Assembly: GCF_018977255.1 (NCBI RefSeq)
Contig: NW_024704742.1
Location: 103,728,001-103,792,000 of the forward strand
Source: Callorhinchus milii
Taxonomy: Eukaryota
DNA: 64,000 nucleotides
Reading direction: 5' to 3'
Positions 1 through 13,448 of the stretch are shown here, one piece after another. Under the pieces are notes generated by a model, which had not been told where the DNA came from, made no database searches, and was given only the letters and a program-made list of their open reading frames with translations. Position 1 is the stretch's first letter, and each line of letters begins with the position of its first letter. The position numbers and the translations under genes are program-made.

Positions 1-375
1 ACAACTTTGATTTATATAGCGTCCTCCACGCCAGATGGTGTCTCAGCACTTCACAGTAACGGATCCCAGGGCCGAGCCAGGGGGAGAGGTAGGAAGGTGA
101 CCAAAGGCGCAGTCGAAGAGAAAAGTCTTCAGCAGAGACCTGAAAATAGGAAGAGAGGGAGCAAGTCGATGTGAGTGAGGAAGCGAATTCCAGAGCCTCG
201 GGGCATAGTGGCTGAAGGCATGGCCGCCGGGGGTGGAGTGGAGGACTCGGGGGACGAGGAGGAGGCCAGACCCGGAGGAACAAAGGCATCGGGCACTGTT
301 TTGAACAGAGAGGAGGTCAGAGAGGTAGGGGTGTGCAGAGGAGTGGAAGGATTTGAAAACAATGGTGAGGATCTA
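1..375 (-). mobile_element. Old L2 3' fragment
   Basis: Degenerate 3' tail, and VFKSLH.L.P.YLSDLL-like coding remnant on the minus strand. Confidence 0.7.
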
Positions 376-775
376 CCGCATTACCCTTGTCTACTTTTTC
401 TGTTACTCCTTCAAAGAATTCAATGAGGTTGGTCGAGCATGACCTTCCTTTTTGAAATCCGTGGACTATTCTTTATTACTTGGTAACTTAAAGTTTGCAA
501 CTGTGCTGAAATTTGCCCCTGGCAAATTGTAAATCCCAACTCAACAAGCTCCAAGAAAAAAACATGGAAATTTCGGTACGAGTTTTGCAAACCAGAAGTT
601 GCAAAACGTAAATTACAATTAACATAACAAATACAAGTTATAGTGCACCTCAGTTTACTGTGGAATAATATAAAAATATAGCAACACAGAAGGAAAGCAC
701 AATGAACATGAAAACTGGAGGATGAATTAACCTGTTAACCACTTTTAACAACCTTTAAACCACCTTTATTTGAGT

Positions 776-1558
776 TAGAATCATAGTATCATAGAATATT
801 AAAACACAGAAGGAGGCCATTCGGCCCATCGTGCCTCTGCCAGCTCTTTGAAAGAGCTACCCATCAATCTAAATCCCCCGCCCTTTCTCCATATCCTTGC
901 AATGTTTCCTTTTCAAGTACCTATCCAATTCCCTTTTGAAAGTTATTATTGAATCTGTTTCCACCACCTATTCAGGCCATGCATTCCAAACCATAACAAC
1001 TCTCTGTGTAAAAAAAATGTCTCCTCATCTCCCCTCTGGTTCTTTTGCCAATTATCTTAGATCTCTGTACCCTGGCTACTGACTCACCCGCCAGTGAAAA
1101 ACTTTTGATATCCTTCCTAAAGTGTGGTGCCCAGAATTGAACACAATCATCCAGCTGAGGCCTAACCAGTGACTCCTAAAGGTTTAGCTGAATTTTCTTG
1201 CTTTTGTACTCTATGCCTCTATTTATAAAGCCAAGGATCCCATATAATTTTTAACAGCTCTATCAACCTGTCGTGTCATCTTCAAAGACCTGTGTATGTG
1301 AACCCCAAGGTCTCTCTGCTCTTGAACCCCCTTTAAAATTGTGCCATTTAGTATATATTGCTTCTCCTCATTCTCCCTCCCAAAATGCATCACCTCACAA
1401 TTCTCTGGATTAAACTTCATCTGCCATGTGTCTGCCCATTTCACCAGTCTGTCTATGTCCTCCTGCAGTCTGCTACCATCCTCCTGACTGTTTACTACAT
1501 TCCCAAGTTTTGTGTCATCTGCAAACTTTAAAATTTTGCTCTTTATACCCAAGCCCAA
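776..1558 (-). mobile_element. CR1-clade LINE 3' fragment with internal deletion
   Basis: KFADDTKLG...RLQEDIDRL..WA..WQMKFN..C.VMHFG...RDLGV; tandem TTCTATGA-like tail at about 776-800. Confidence 0.85.
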
Positions 1559-2000
1559 GACAATTAAAGTGGCAGCAAGAACAATCTATTACCATTTGCT
1601 GACCATCCTTCACCTGAGTATTTATTAAACATGGCACAGGGAGACCCAAAGGAGTTTAAATTATTAAATTAAAACAGTCTTTGTTACAGTTGTCTCCAGC
1701 TGCACTTTACATCTGCCGTATAATAAAAAGAAAAGAGACCTAGAGACCTATCTATATTGGCAGAGGGAAACTGTTTAATTAGGAACCTTTTGTCTAAAAT
1801 GGTTTGCCACGCTTGCCAGTCTCCCAAAGACAACATGTTAAAGTTAACCTAAAACAAATGTAACATGGGCCATTGCAGAGCCTCACCTTGTGGTGAGAAA
1901 AATTTACTAGCCAGGTATTTTTGTTCAAATGTTTTCTTTCATTTAAGACTGAAGATGAGTTAAACAGCGCATTCACTTAAGGGTGTACCTACTACTACGA

Positions 2001-2510
2001 CTACAACTACAACTTGCATTTATACAGAGCCCTTCATACAGGTAGTGAAATTTAGCAATGGCCTGGCTTGACACTGAGCCAGAAAGGGAGGGGAGATGAC
2101 CGAAGGCACGGTCGAAGAGGAAAGTCTTCAGGTGTGATTTGAAGACGAGCGGAGGGGTGAGGGGTCAGGGGGTGCGCAAGATGGAGGGATTAAGGTAAGG
2201 AGTTCCAGAGATTTGGGCTGTTGTCGCTGAAAGCACAGCCACCAATTGTGAAGCAGCAGAGGGGATGAGGAACATGCAGCAGAGCCTAGCCAGCTGAGCG
2301 AAGGTAGCGAGTAGAGGAGTGGAGTGTGAGCAGATAGGAAAGGTGCCAGGATATGAAATGTTTTGAAAGCTAGAATGTTGAAATTGATCCATTCTGCAAA
2401 AGGGAGCCAGTGTAGCCTGGCAACAACTGAGGTGATGTATGACTGATATGGGTGAGGACATAAGCAGCAGAGTTTTTAATGATTTGGACCTTGTTAATAG
2501 TGGAGCTGTT
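2001..2510 (-). mobile_element. Old L2 3' fragment
   Basis: Degenerate (TTG/TAG)n tail and similarity to the other L2 3' ends. Confidence 0.65.
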
Positions 2511-3169
2511 AAAAAAAAGGCAAAAAGCTATAACTAGAAAGAACAAAATAGGCCAGTATATTGACTTCTCTTAATTGCACTTTTCTGCTGTAATCTATTA
2601 TAAATATGGAATATTTGCATTATTGATCCATATGGAGTTGAAGCATTGCATTAGTTATCCAACTATGTTTTTCCTTAACTTTAATAAACAGACGGTGTAA
2701 ATCAAGTGTACTGCAGCACCTACATTTCTCACAATTGGTCAAAGATTGGTTTGGGGAGCTATTGTTTACTGAATGGCTGCACATTGACAAGAGCTCAGTT
2801 CACATGGGGATTTATAGGACATAAAGGGAAGAGATTCCACCCTTTCATGTTCAGAATCATATAAGAGGATCTTTGGATCACAAGGGGATCATAATCCTGC
2901 AAACAGTTCCTGCTGGTTTCCAAGCCTTCTGTAAAATTTGCTTTCAAATTGAAATGAATGCCTGCTTCAACCTCACTTCATAACATACAGAATTGTTATT
3001 AGTTTGTTCAAATTAACCAGTGTGAGTCTTTCATTCACTATCGTGTTAATTTGTCCTGCATATTATGTCCTGATCACAATCCCGTGGCCAGGGCTCAAAT
3101 TTAGTTGGCTCAATTACAGCAGAGAATCAGCTTCACTCAAGTGAATGCCAGTAAATCTTATATAAATCG

Positions 3170-3497
3170 TGGAGTCCTGTAGCTCAGTGGTTAGAGCACT
3201 CGCTTTACAAGCGAGAGACCTGAGTTCAATTCCAGGCAGAGGGCGAAACCTTGGGCAAGTTTCCTTACTCCACACCCCTAATAATAATCCCTCCAAAAAA
3301 ACAAAACAATAATAAATTGGTCATTTTCAATCCATGACTGTTTGTGGGACATTGCTGTGCGCAATTGGCTGCCGCGTTCGCCCACAAATATACAGTCAAT
3401 TCACTTTACAGTGTGTTCTGTGAAGCGCTTTGGGACGTCCTCCCGACGTGAAAAGCGCTATATCAAATGCAAGGATTATTATTATTATTATTATTAT
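3170..3497 (+). mobile_element. Young tRNA-derived SINE with L2-like 3' end
   Basis: A box TAGCTCAGTGG at 3180, B box GTTCAATTCC at 3224, 3' stem-loop shared with L2, (TTA)n tail. Confidence 0.9.
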
Positions 3498-3552
3498 ATT
3501 GAGAATATAGAGAATAGAATAGATTGGAACTGGTGTTTATGCAAATATAACC

Positions 3553-4001
3553 AACAACAGCTTGTGTTTCTATAGTGCCCTTCATGTAGGGTAGCATCTT
3601 GGAGCACTTAAAAGTGGCTGGGCCTGACGCCAGGATAGGGGGAGGGGGGAGGTGACCATAAAGCATAGTGAAAGAGAAAGGTATTCATGTGCGATCTGAA
3701 AATGAGGAAGGAGGGAGCAAGGAGGAGGGATCAAGGGAGAGAGTTCCAAAGTTCCGGGGCATAGTGGTTGAAAGCATGGCCGCAGTTGCTGGAGCGGAGG
3801 GGACGAGGAACAAGCAGGAAGCTGGAGCCAGTAAAGCGAGCCAGCAGGAAGTGAATGGGGAGTAAATAGATTGGAGAGGTAGGGAGGGGCTACATGAAGG
3901 GATTTGAAAATGAGTGTGAGGATCTTGAAGTCGATCTGTTCTGAAATGGGGAGCCAGTGGGACCTGGCAAACACTGATGTGATGAGACTACAGAGTCTCT
4001 A
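3553..4001 (-). mobile_element. Older L2 3' fragment, interrupted by the young L2
   Basis: Encodes HWLPISEQIDFKILTLIFKSLH; homology resumes at 7688 (AAGTGGGTGAGTAT). Confidence 0.8.
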
Positions 4002-7000
4002 GTCGGGGAGCGGCGGCAGGACAGCGCGGGGAGGAGCCTGGGCCTACTGACCCAGGTACTTAAACTCGACGCCGGAGCGAGTTCAGCCAGGGAGGGGAGG
4101 GAGGTGTGGGGGCGGAGCGGGGGAACTGCGATGTCATAGATTAGTTTTCAGGTGCGTGCGCGCGCACAAAAAAAATAAATAAATAAAAACAAACCTCCGC
4201 GCTCCCCCCCCCCAACCCCCCAGGGCTCACATCAGAGCCCACTATGGTCCTGTTGGGTTCGCTGCCCCAATCTACGGGATAATGCCATCCACCTGACCGC
4301 TCGCTCCCGGTCCCCGTGTGCGCACTATGGCTGCTGCTTTGACCCGAGCCCACTCACCCCCTCCCTCCCTCCCCCCTCCTCTCTCCCCCCAAACCCTCCC
4401 CCCTCTGCATCTCTCCCGCTCTCTCCTCCTCTCTCTCCGTCCCTCTCGTCTTCTATCCCCACTTGACCCTCCCACAACCTCCCTCTGTTCCAGCCTGGGA
4501 ATCCTCCGCCGGGCTCACCGCGGCACTCGGCGTTGGCTGTCCAGCAGCAGCCACACCGACTGCCCCATTCCCCACCACACTCGCCAGCCACCCCGGACAC
4601 AGACCCGGGGAGTCAACCTCTCCTCCCTCATCCCCATTCCCCCCACCCCTGCCTCACAACCTGGACCCCCTCCCCTCCCACACACCCTTCTGTCAACCGC
4701 TCCCTCCACATCGGACTGCAAAATGTCCGCTCCCTCTGCAACAAGGCCCTGGTCATCAACGATCTCATCCTTGATGAGAACGTTGATATCATGGCCTTAA
4801 CAGAAACCTGGCTCACCCCAGGCGACACCTTCCCCCTCACGGAGGCCACGCCACCCGGCTACACCTCCCACCACATCCCCCGCCCCAACCGCCGTGGCGG
4901 TGGTGTTGCCCTTATCTCAAGGACACCACTTGCCCTATCCCCCTACTCCACTGGCTCTTTCCCCTCCTTTGAGCACCTCACCCTCTCCCACCCCTCATTC
5001 CTCTCCCTTAAAATCCTCCTCCTCTACCGGCCCCCTAAAACCTCTCCCACCTTCATCTCTGACATTTCAACACTCCTCACATCTCTTTGCCTCTGCTCCG
5101 ATCGCCTCATCATCCTGGGCGACTTTAACCTACACTTCACCCCCTCCTGCTCCATCTCCACAGACTTCTCTTCCCTGCTCTCCTCACTCAACCTCTCCTT
5201 ACACATAAACTCCCCCACTCACAGTCACGGCCACCCACTCGATTTGGTGATCACCCGGGGCCTCAGTGTCTCGGATGTCACTATTACCGACAAGGCCATC
5301 TCTGACCACTACTTCATCTCCTTCACCACCTCCACCCCCCTCCCCACCTCCACCAGACCCACCACCATCTTCTACCGCCCTTGGAAGAAGTTACCCCCAC
5401 AATCCCTAACCGATGCCTTGGAGTCCTCTGAACTCCTCTCCCTCTGGCCTTCAACCCTCACCGACCCCTCTTCTCCTCTCTCCCTCCTCCACAATACCCT
5501 CTCCTCCACACTCGATACTCTTGCCCCCATCACTTCCCGCACTGTCTCCTACTCCCGCTCCTCCCCCTGGTACACCACCCACCTCCGCTCACTGAAAGCC
5601 AGGTGCGGGCTGCTGAACGCACCTGTGTCAAATCTGGCCTAACGGTCCACCGACAAATCTGGCTGGACCTCCTCAAAATTTACCGCTCCACTCTAGCCTC
5701 GGCCAAGTCGTCCTTCTACTCCAGGATAATCCTGGAGGCGAAGAACAACCCCAGGCTACTGTTTTCCACCACAACCCGACTCCTCCGTCCCCCCCGCCAC
5801 CCCGCGCAGGTCATCTCCTCCAACCTTCACTGCGAGGAGATGCTGGATTTCCTTGAATCCAAGATCAAGGGAATCCGCTCCGCGGTCACTTCCCCTCCAA
5901 CTTCCACCCACCACCCACCCCTTCCCTCCCACACTCCGACTCCTACCCATCCTCCCCTACACACCTTCGTACCCGTTTCCCCACCCTCTGTCACTGAACT
6001 CATCCTATCCCTAAAACCAACCACCTGCTCCCTTGACCCCATCCCCACTCCACTCCTTATCTCCCAGCTCCACTTTCTTGCCCCACATATCACTGACATC
6101 ATCAACCTGTCCCTCTCCTCTGGCTCTGTCCCCATTCCATTAAAAACTGCCATCATCACGCCCACCCTGAAAAAACCCTCCCTTGATGCGTCGCAGCTAT
6201 CAAGCTACCGGCCCATCTCCAACCTCCCCTTTCTCTCCAAGGTCTTGGAAAGAGTTGTCGCCTCCCAACTGCGCTCTTTCCTTTCCACCCATTCTCTTTT
6301 CGAACCCCTTCAGTCAGGTTTCCGTGCTGCCCATAGCACAGAAACTGCCCTGGTCAAGGTCACCAATGATATCCTGACCATCTGTGACCAGGGCTCCCTC
6401 TGTCTCCTCGTCCTCCTCGACCTATCGGCAGCATTCGATACGGTCGACCACGCTATCCTACTCCACCGCTTGTCCTCCCACCTCAACCTTCAAGGCACTG
6501 TCCTTGAATGGTTTAGGTCGTACCTTTCTCACCGTCTTCACTTTGTCTCGACGAATGGCTTCTCCTCCACCCCCCGTACTGTCTCATGTGGTGTCCCTCA
6601 GGGCTCTGTCCTCGGTCCCCTCCTCTTCACCCTCTATATGCTCCCCCTTGGTGACATCATCCGCAGACATGGGTTAACTTCCACATGTATGCGGATGACA
6701 CCCAACTCTACCTTTCCTCCTCTACTCTCAACTCCACGACCACCGATGTCCTGACAGCTGCCTGTCCGACATCGAGTCCTGGACGAGAGACAACTTTCTT
6801 CAGCTCAACGTGCGAAAAACCGAGGCCCTCCTGATTGGCTCACGTCAGCGCCTCCGCACCTCAGGCGCTGACACCATCAGCATCCAAGGCTGCACTCTCC
6901 ACCTCTCAAAGCCAGTCAGGAACCTCGGCGTTTTGTTCGACCCTGAGCTGTCCTTTCTCCCTCACATCCGCACCACAACTGGCACCGCCTTCCATCACCT

Positions 7001-7687
7001 CCGGAACATCGCCAGACTACGGCATTACCTCACCCCTCACGCTGCTGAAACCCTGGTTCACGCCTTTGTCACCTCAAGGCTGGACTATGGGAACTCTCTC
7101 CTCGCCGGCCTTCCCGCCACCTCCCTCCACAAGCTGCAGGTCATTCAGAACTCTGCAGCTCGTGTACTGTCCCGCACCAGGCTTCGGGACCACATCACTC
7201 CCACCCTCGCTCGCCTCCACTGGCTCCCCATCCCCCAGAGGATTGATTTCAAGATCCTCATCCTCACCTACAAGGCCATTCACGGCCTTGCTCCCTCCTA
7301 CCTCTCCAACCTACTATCCCCCTACCTACCTGCCCGTACCCTCCGTTCCTCTGGCTCCGGTCTGCTCCACGTCCCCCGCCCCAACCGCCCTACCATCGGT
7401 GGTCGGGCCTTCAGCCTCTCAGCCCCAGGCTCTGGAACTCCATCCCCCAGTGCCTTCGCCGCCTCCTCCCTTTCCTCCTTCAAGGCCGGTCTCAAAACCT
7501 TTCTCTTTGACCGAGCCTTCAGCTCCCCTCTCGACTCTCTTCCCCCTCCTCGCTCCCTCCCTTCCCTCCCCTCACCCTGACCATTTCCCCCCTGCTCGGG
7601 TCATGACCCAACTGTGCAGCGCCTTGGGACGTCCTCCTGACGTGAAAGGCGCTTTATAAATGGAATCTTGTTGTTGTTGTTGTTGTT
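4002..7687 (+). mobile_element. Young, near full-length L2-clade LINE, single APE+RT ORF with several 1-nt frameshifts
   Basis: APE motifs (LQNVRSL, LTETWL, LGDFN, HPLDLV, SDH); RT motifs ([42 protein letters not shown] across a frameshift); L2-type C-terminus ([13 protein letters not shown]); 3' stem-loop and (TTG)n tail. Confidence 0.93.
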
Positions 7688-7835
7688 AAAGTGGGTGAGT
7701 ATATAGGCAAAGTAGCACTAGCAATAGAACTCATAGTGCTGCGGATATGCTGGCTACAGCTAAACTATTTTATTTTCTGGCTCTAGCACATATCCTATAT
7801 ATTTACTACTGGCTCTATCACATGTCCTATATATT

Positions 7836-8155
7836 TAATAATAATAATCTTTGCATTTGATATAGCGCTTTTCACGTCGGGAGGACGTCCCAAAGCGCTT
7901 CACAGAATATACTGTAAAGTGAATTGACTCTATCTTTGTGGGCGAACGCGGCAGCCAATTGCGCACAGCAATGTCCCACAAACAGTCGTAGATTGAAAAT
8001 GACCAATTTATTATTGTTTTGGGTTTTTGGAGGGATTATTATTAGGCTCTGTGTGGAGTAAGGAAACTTGCCCAAGGTTTCGCCCTGCCTGGAATTGAAC
8101 CCAGGTGTCTTGCTTGCAAAGCAAGTGCTCTAACCACTGAGCTACAGGACTCCAC
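7836..8155 (-). mobile_element. Young tRNA-derived SINE
   Basis: Close copy of 3170-3497; 8-bp TSD TATTTAAT (7832-7839 and 8156-8163). Confidence 0.9.
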
Positions 8156-8671
8156 TATTTAATTTGTTCATATAAAACATACGCATTTATCCTCTTTTTC
8201 CCAATCCTTTTGTGAACATTTTGGTCATTTGTTTCATGGTTGTTTATGGAACATTGCTGTGTGAAATGACTGCCCTGTTTGCCAACAAAATACACAGTTC
8301 TTTCACTTTATGGTATATCCTTTGAGTTGCCCTCCTGACATGAAAGGCGCTATAATATGAAATGTACTTACGATTATTATAATATATGCTCATCAAAGTG
8401 AGAGTCAATGTTGTGGAATGACCCTTTTGAAATCCTGAGCTAAGCAGACATTTGGACAGGCCTTTTATACAACATAAAGTTCAATTGAAGGCCATTGGAA
8501 GAATCAAGAGTATTCACTTTCAATGGTACATTTTTTAACCCACATTTTTGTTTGAATCTGCTGTAATTGAGCCAATTCAGTTTGAGTGCTGGTGTATAGG
8601 ATTGTGATCAATACATACTACACAGCAAATAGATAAGGCAGTGAATGAAAGATACGCTGTCTCTATGTCAG

Positions 8672-9046
8672 TCTGGTTCAGTTGGTAGCACTCTTGCCTC
8701 TTGAGTCTGAAGGTTATGGGTTCGAGCCCCATGTTGGGATTTGGAACTCATATAGTCGAAGCTAACCCTTCAATGCAGTGCTGCAGGTGTGCTGTATTGC
8801 CTGGAGGTGCTGTCCTTTGGATGAGATGTTGAACCAGGGCCCCGTCTCCCTGTTCAAGTGGACATTAAAGATCCTATGACACTATTTGAAAAAAGGGAGT
8901 TTATCCCTGTGTCCTGGCTAACAATCCGCCAAATAAAATTGGTCACTCACTCCATGACTGCTTGCAGGACATTGCTGTGCACAAATTGGCTGTCGTGTTC
9001 ACCCACAAAAGCACACAGTCACTACACTTTACAGTATATCCTGTGA
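8672..9046 (+). mobile_element. Older tRNA-derived SINE with Deu-domain-like core
   Basis: tRNA head, then GGAGGTGCTGTCCTTTGGATGAGATGTTGAACC...GTGGACATTAAAGATCCTATGACACTATT, matching the recalled DeuSINE/SacSINE1 core. Confidence 0.75.
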
Positions 9047-10780
9047 AGGATGACCACATATTACCCCATCTATAACAGCACTGTCCAACCCAGTAGCCAA
9101 TTTGCTTTTCAAATATGGCAACTTTCACTTTGATGAATCAACTTATGTTTCACATAAAAAAACTGCAAAATCACTCTTCGTGTGATCCGACATGCCTGTC
9201 TCCTGACATGTTATAATGCAGCTTTATTATCATATCGTGCATGTGTCACATCAGCAGCCCTAACTATGCTTGGTCGTTGCTTGTTCCTGATTAGCTGGAT
9301 GCACCTTGAAGCATAACAGTTTTGTTCCCTCCTGTGTTGGCAGGCAATCGCTGGTATCATAGTTCTGACAGGCAATCGCTGTTCTCACACCCCCATTAGA
9401 TCTCTGGTCAGACAAGGAGTGCCAGGATAACCACAGCGTGAAGCAATATTCTGTGTCCTTTGCTGTGATTTGAGTTTCAGTTTATACTATGCCATTACGT
9501 ACATAGACATATAGTACAGTATTACCGTTTCAGTTGTTTGATGGAAGTAGAATTTTGTGGCTGAAAATGTATTGTTGCATAGAAATAATGCTGCTAAATT
9601 ATAATGCTAAAAGAGCATATGGAGTAGACAAAAATGTGTAAAACACTATATATGTATATATGTACGATATTCAGTATGTATTGTAACTACGCCAAGTCCT
9701 TTATAATAATGGCCAATTCTCTCCGTGGTGGACACACCTGTAACCAATTGTCAATTTAGGTGGACAGTACTGTTCTATAACAGTGATATTTTGAGAGTCT
9801 TCTCATTCTTCTGTAAAAGTATTGAATTGGAATAGTAGCATTCAAGTGATATTGTGTAAGTGTGTAAAAAAATTACTGTGTGGATGCGATTTACAATGGT
9901 GATCCCATTTACAACACTGACCTCTTATGGATAAAGTCAATAATTGCAGAGAGACAACAAAAGCTGCTTGTCAATGGGAAAAATTATACAACTTTCATTT
10001 ACAGTGGAGCCCCTTATAACACCATGGTTGCAGGTCCTCAAAATCCAAACAAGTCTTTTAATGAGGCTACAATAGATTGTTTTACTATGTTTGGCCACAG
10101 ACAAATTCTTTGACTTCTGGGTCATCAGGTCTCTGCCATTGACACTTCCTACGCACTGTGCATTCACAAGTGATGTCAGCAACAACCCAGTGACCTGTAA
10201 GTCAGCCATTTTTTGGTACAGGAACTGATCCCCACAGGAAAGGGAGCTGGCATGCCCAGTGAATTAGCTTTATGTCTCGACAACGTGATAAGGCACTACA
10301 TCAAATGCAAGGATTATTGAGGGTTCAAAAAAAAGCAACAAAGGTGATATTTTGGAGTAGGGCTTTGAAGTTACAAGAAACACGTCGGAGAAAATGAGCA
10401 AAGGCTGGATACAAAATGCTGACCTAAATAGCGAAGTAATGCAAAAGCTATTTAAATTTGATTCCGAACACTGAACTAGAGAAAACAAAACTCAAATTAA
10501 AAAGCCTCAAGCAAGACTGTTTTCCCCCTAAATAATAATAATGGATTGCCAGCTAAAGCAGCTAATGCTGTGTTGATTAATATCTTTTTAAAATATCCTA
10601 TTAAGTAAAAATTGGTAAATAGTTTTTTAATGTTTGCGCCAGTAGCTAAATATGTATGAAATATGAAATTCTTTCAACCATAATATTATCATTTGTAATT
10701 ATGTGTTGTTACTCCAATTTTTTTGTGAATGTTTCAATTGTATGAATAGAGTATGTGGTTAGGAATAATATTGAAAGTTA

Positions 10781-11747
10781 TAACAACAACGTGCATTTCT
10801 ATAGCAACCCTCACACAGGGCAGCATCCCAGAGCACTTGACACTGGCAGAGCACGACTCCAAGCCGAGAACAACAACAACAACAACAAGATTCCATTTAT
10901 AAAGCGCCTTTCACGTCAGGAGGACGTCCCAAGGCGCTGCACAGTTGGGTCATGACCCGAGCAGGGGGGAAATGGTCAGGGTGAGGGGAGGGATGGGAGG
11001 GAGCGAGAAGGGGGAAGAAAGTCGAGAGTGGAGCTGAAGGCTCGGTCAAAGAGAAGAGGGGGAGGTGACTCTAGGCACGGTCGAAGATAAAGGTCTTCAG
11101 TTGCGACCTGAAGTTGGGGGAAGGAAGGGGCAAGGAGGAGGGATAGAGGAAGAGTGTTGCAGAGTTTTGGGGCATAGTGGCTGAAAGTGCGGCCACCAAT
11201 GGTGGAACGGAGGAACACAAAGAGGGCCGGAGCCACTCAAACGGAGGCAGCGGGTTGTTGTTTGGAGGATAAGTAGGTTGGAGAGGCATGAAGGGATTTG
11301 AAAACAATTATGAGGATCTTCAAATTGATCTGTCAGCAGTAGGGAGACAGTGGAGATTGGCTAGAACTGGTGTGATGGGGGTATGGAGTTTGGTGCGGGT
11401 GAGTATGAGAGTGGCACAGTTGGATCCTGTGCCTGGTGGAGCTGGGGAGATTGGCAAAGAGGGCATTTGAGAAGTCAAGTAAGGAGATGGCGAACGTATG
11501 GACGAGTGTTTTGGCTGTGTCTGGGGTAAGGTACAGTCAGAGGCGGGCAATGTAGCAGAGGTGGAGGAAGGCGGTCCTGATCAGGTACCAGATGTGGGGA
11601 AGAAAGGACAGCTGTGGGTTGAACATGATGTCTAGGTTCGGTGAGTCTGAGGAATAGGTTGGGGAGGTTGAGGGACCCAGAGCTGCAGGACAGAAGATGT
11701 TGATGGGAACCAAGGAGTATGGTTTCTGTCTTGTCAACATTTAGTTG
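10781..11747 (-). mobile_element. Older L2 3' fragment (host of 10869-11055)
   Basis: [26 protein letters not shown] and TIGGRTFS remnants. Confidence 0.8.
10869..11055 (-). mobile_element. Young L2 3' end, about 190 bp, inserted in an older L2
   Basis: Near-identical to 7500-7687 in reverse complement. Confidence 0.88.
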
Positions 11748-13448
11748 ACAATATGGAATAAGTACAGATAAAAGATCAGCAACTAAATTGTAGAAGATGC
11801 GAATTCCTGAGCTGATGGAACCATAAAAATATCAACATCAAAAGCTGGTAACCAGCTAATGAATATTGTACAGAGATCCATTAGGTATTCTGGAGTTCTG
11901 CTTTATTTTCCTTTGGAGGCAGGGAGGAACTTTACAGCATATGCACGTGTCTATCTCCTCAAGGAAAGGATCATCCAGGGACAGTGCTGAGTGAACTTTG
12001 GCCTATAGATCCCAAAGAATGGGTAAGAATGACAAAATCATTATTAAGATATCGGTAAAACCTTTGTGGCATATTCTTCTGCAAGTTAAGTCAACATACT
12101 AGAATTGAGAAACAGCCAAGCCACAAGCAAAAATGATCAAAGCTTCTGAGCAGAACCAGCCAGATGAAATTGAATCCACTGACGACAGCTTTCAGGGTGT
12201 CAATGATCCAGCTACTAAGTTCTGTGATTGAAAATCTTTTCACAACTCATCAGAATAACCCACCAACTTGGAAATGTGTCAATGGAGGATGAGGATTACA
12301 AATTAATCCTAGAGAATGCTGTTGAAATAAACACTGCAAATGAAATCTGGCGATGCACACTGTTTTTGCAGCCTTCATTTAAATTCAGCTCAAGGGAGAA
12401 AATAATTTCCCTACTCTGACTTGTTAAAGTCACAACTAAAATATGTTTTTATCAGTCTGGATTTTTCTCCCACTGCTCAAAATTTCCCTAGATTTGGTAC
12501 CAGTTGGAAAAAAGTTAACAATCATTCACCAACAAGCTTCAGACGAAATAATGCAAATAATACTAGTACTGTATATTAACAACAAAATCTTACATTTATA
12601 TAGTTGCCCTTCACGTGGAGTAGCATGTTGGAGTGCTGATAATACTGTCAGAATGACAACGTAAAGGTTGTTCTTTATAAACTTTGGGCTGGGCGGCAAT
12701 GGGGTGTCAAAAACTCAGCAGTTCATAATGGGATTCATTTATTAGCTACTCACAATCGGTCACAGTGAATCCTGATGGTAACTATCAGTATATCAAGGCC
12801 AACGTCTGGAATACCTGCTCCAAAGTATCGTGAGTAGATGGTAGGATTCCTGCAAATCAGCTGTAACTCACTGCCAATCACAGACAGGATTCCCATTAGT
12901 AATTTCAGGTCAGTACTGGTGACCCTGTTATGAACTGATGCATCCCACAGCTTCTCCAAATGACTGTCCAATTAGTCTGGTTGAGGCATTTGGTTCCCAA
13001 AACATTTAGAATTAAGATGACCTCATTTCATTTTCAATGTTTAGGACTTTTACCAACCAAAATAAAGACTATTTGGCCCAGGTTTTCTCCTCTGCAATTT
13101 TAATATTTTGCCTGGATCCCATTGAGAATTTCCTAATGTACTAGGCAGGTTATCTGGCCATGACTACAAGAACAGCATGAGTAGAACAAACCTGTTTTTC
13201 CTTCTCTCCCTTTGGTGAAGTATTTAACCTCAATTCAGCAGCTCCCCTGATGAGACGGGAACTTTTGGCAAAATTCTGGATGTGAACCAATTTCTTAAAA
13301 TTCTATAGTGCAGCATAACAAAAATATCAAAAAAAGTAATCTAAAAATTACTTAGATAGGGCTGCTCTCTGTGTGGTCTGGTGTCACCACTACAAAATGA
13401 TTACCTCCTATATGAAGAACGTTTAGCAATCCAGATGATATTCGCGGA

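Noticed and set aside
3170..3240. tRNA-like sequences (also near 8100, 31730, 57390 and 60060)
   Set aside because: They continue into SINE bodies and tails, so they are SINE heads rather than tRNA genes.
6835..7659. 274-aa Pro/Ser-rich ORF and similar ORFs in other L2 copies
   Set aside because: Alternative frames of the C-rich L2 coding strand.
9200..9440. Possible conserved non-coding element with repeated CAGGCAATCGCTG
   Set aside because: Conservation cannot be judged without alignments, and a single 13-bp repeat is weak evidence.
11790..12560. Unique-looking, coding-like stretch (MEDEDYKLILENAVEIN...)
   Set aside because: Short broken frames with no recognisable family or convincing exon boundaries; it would need BLASTX.
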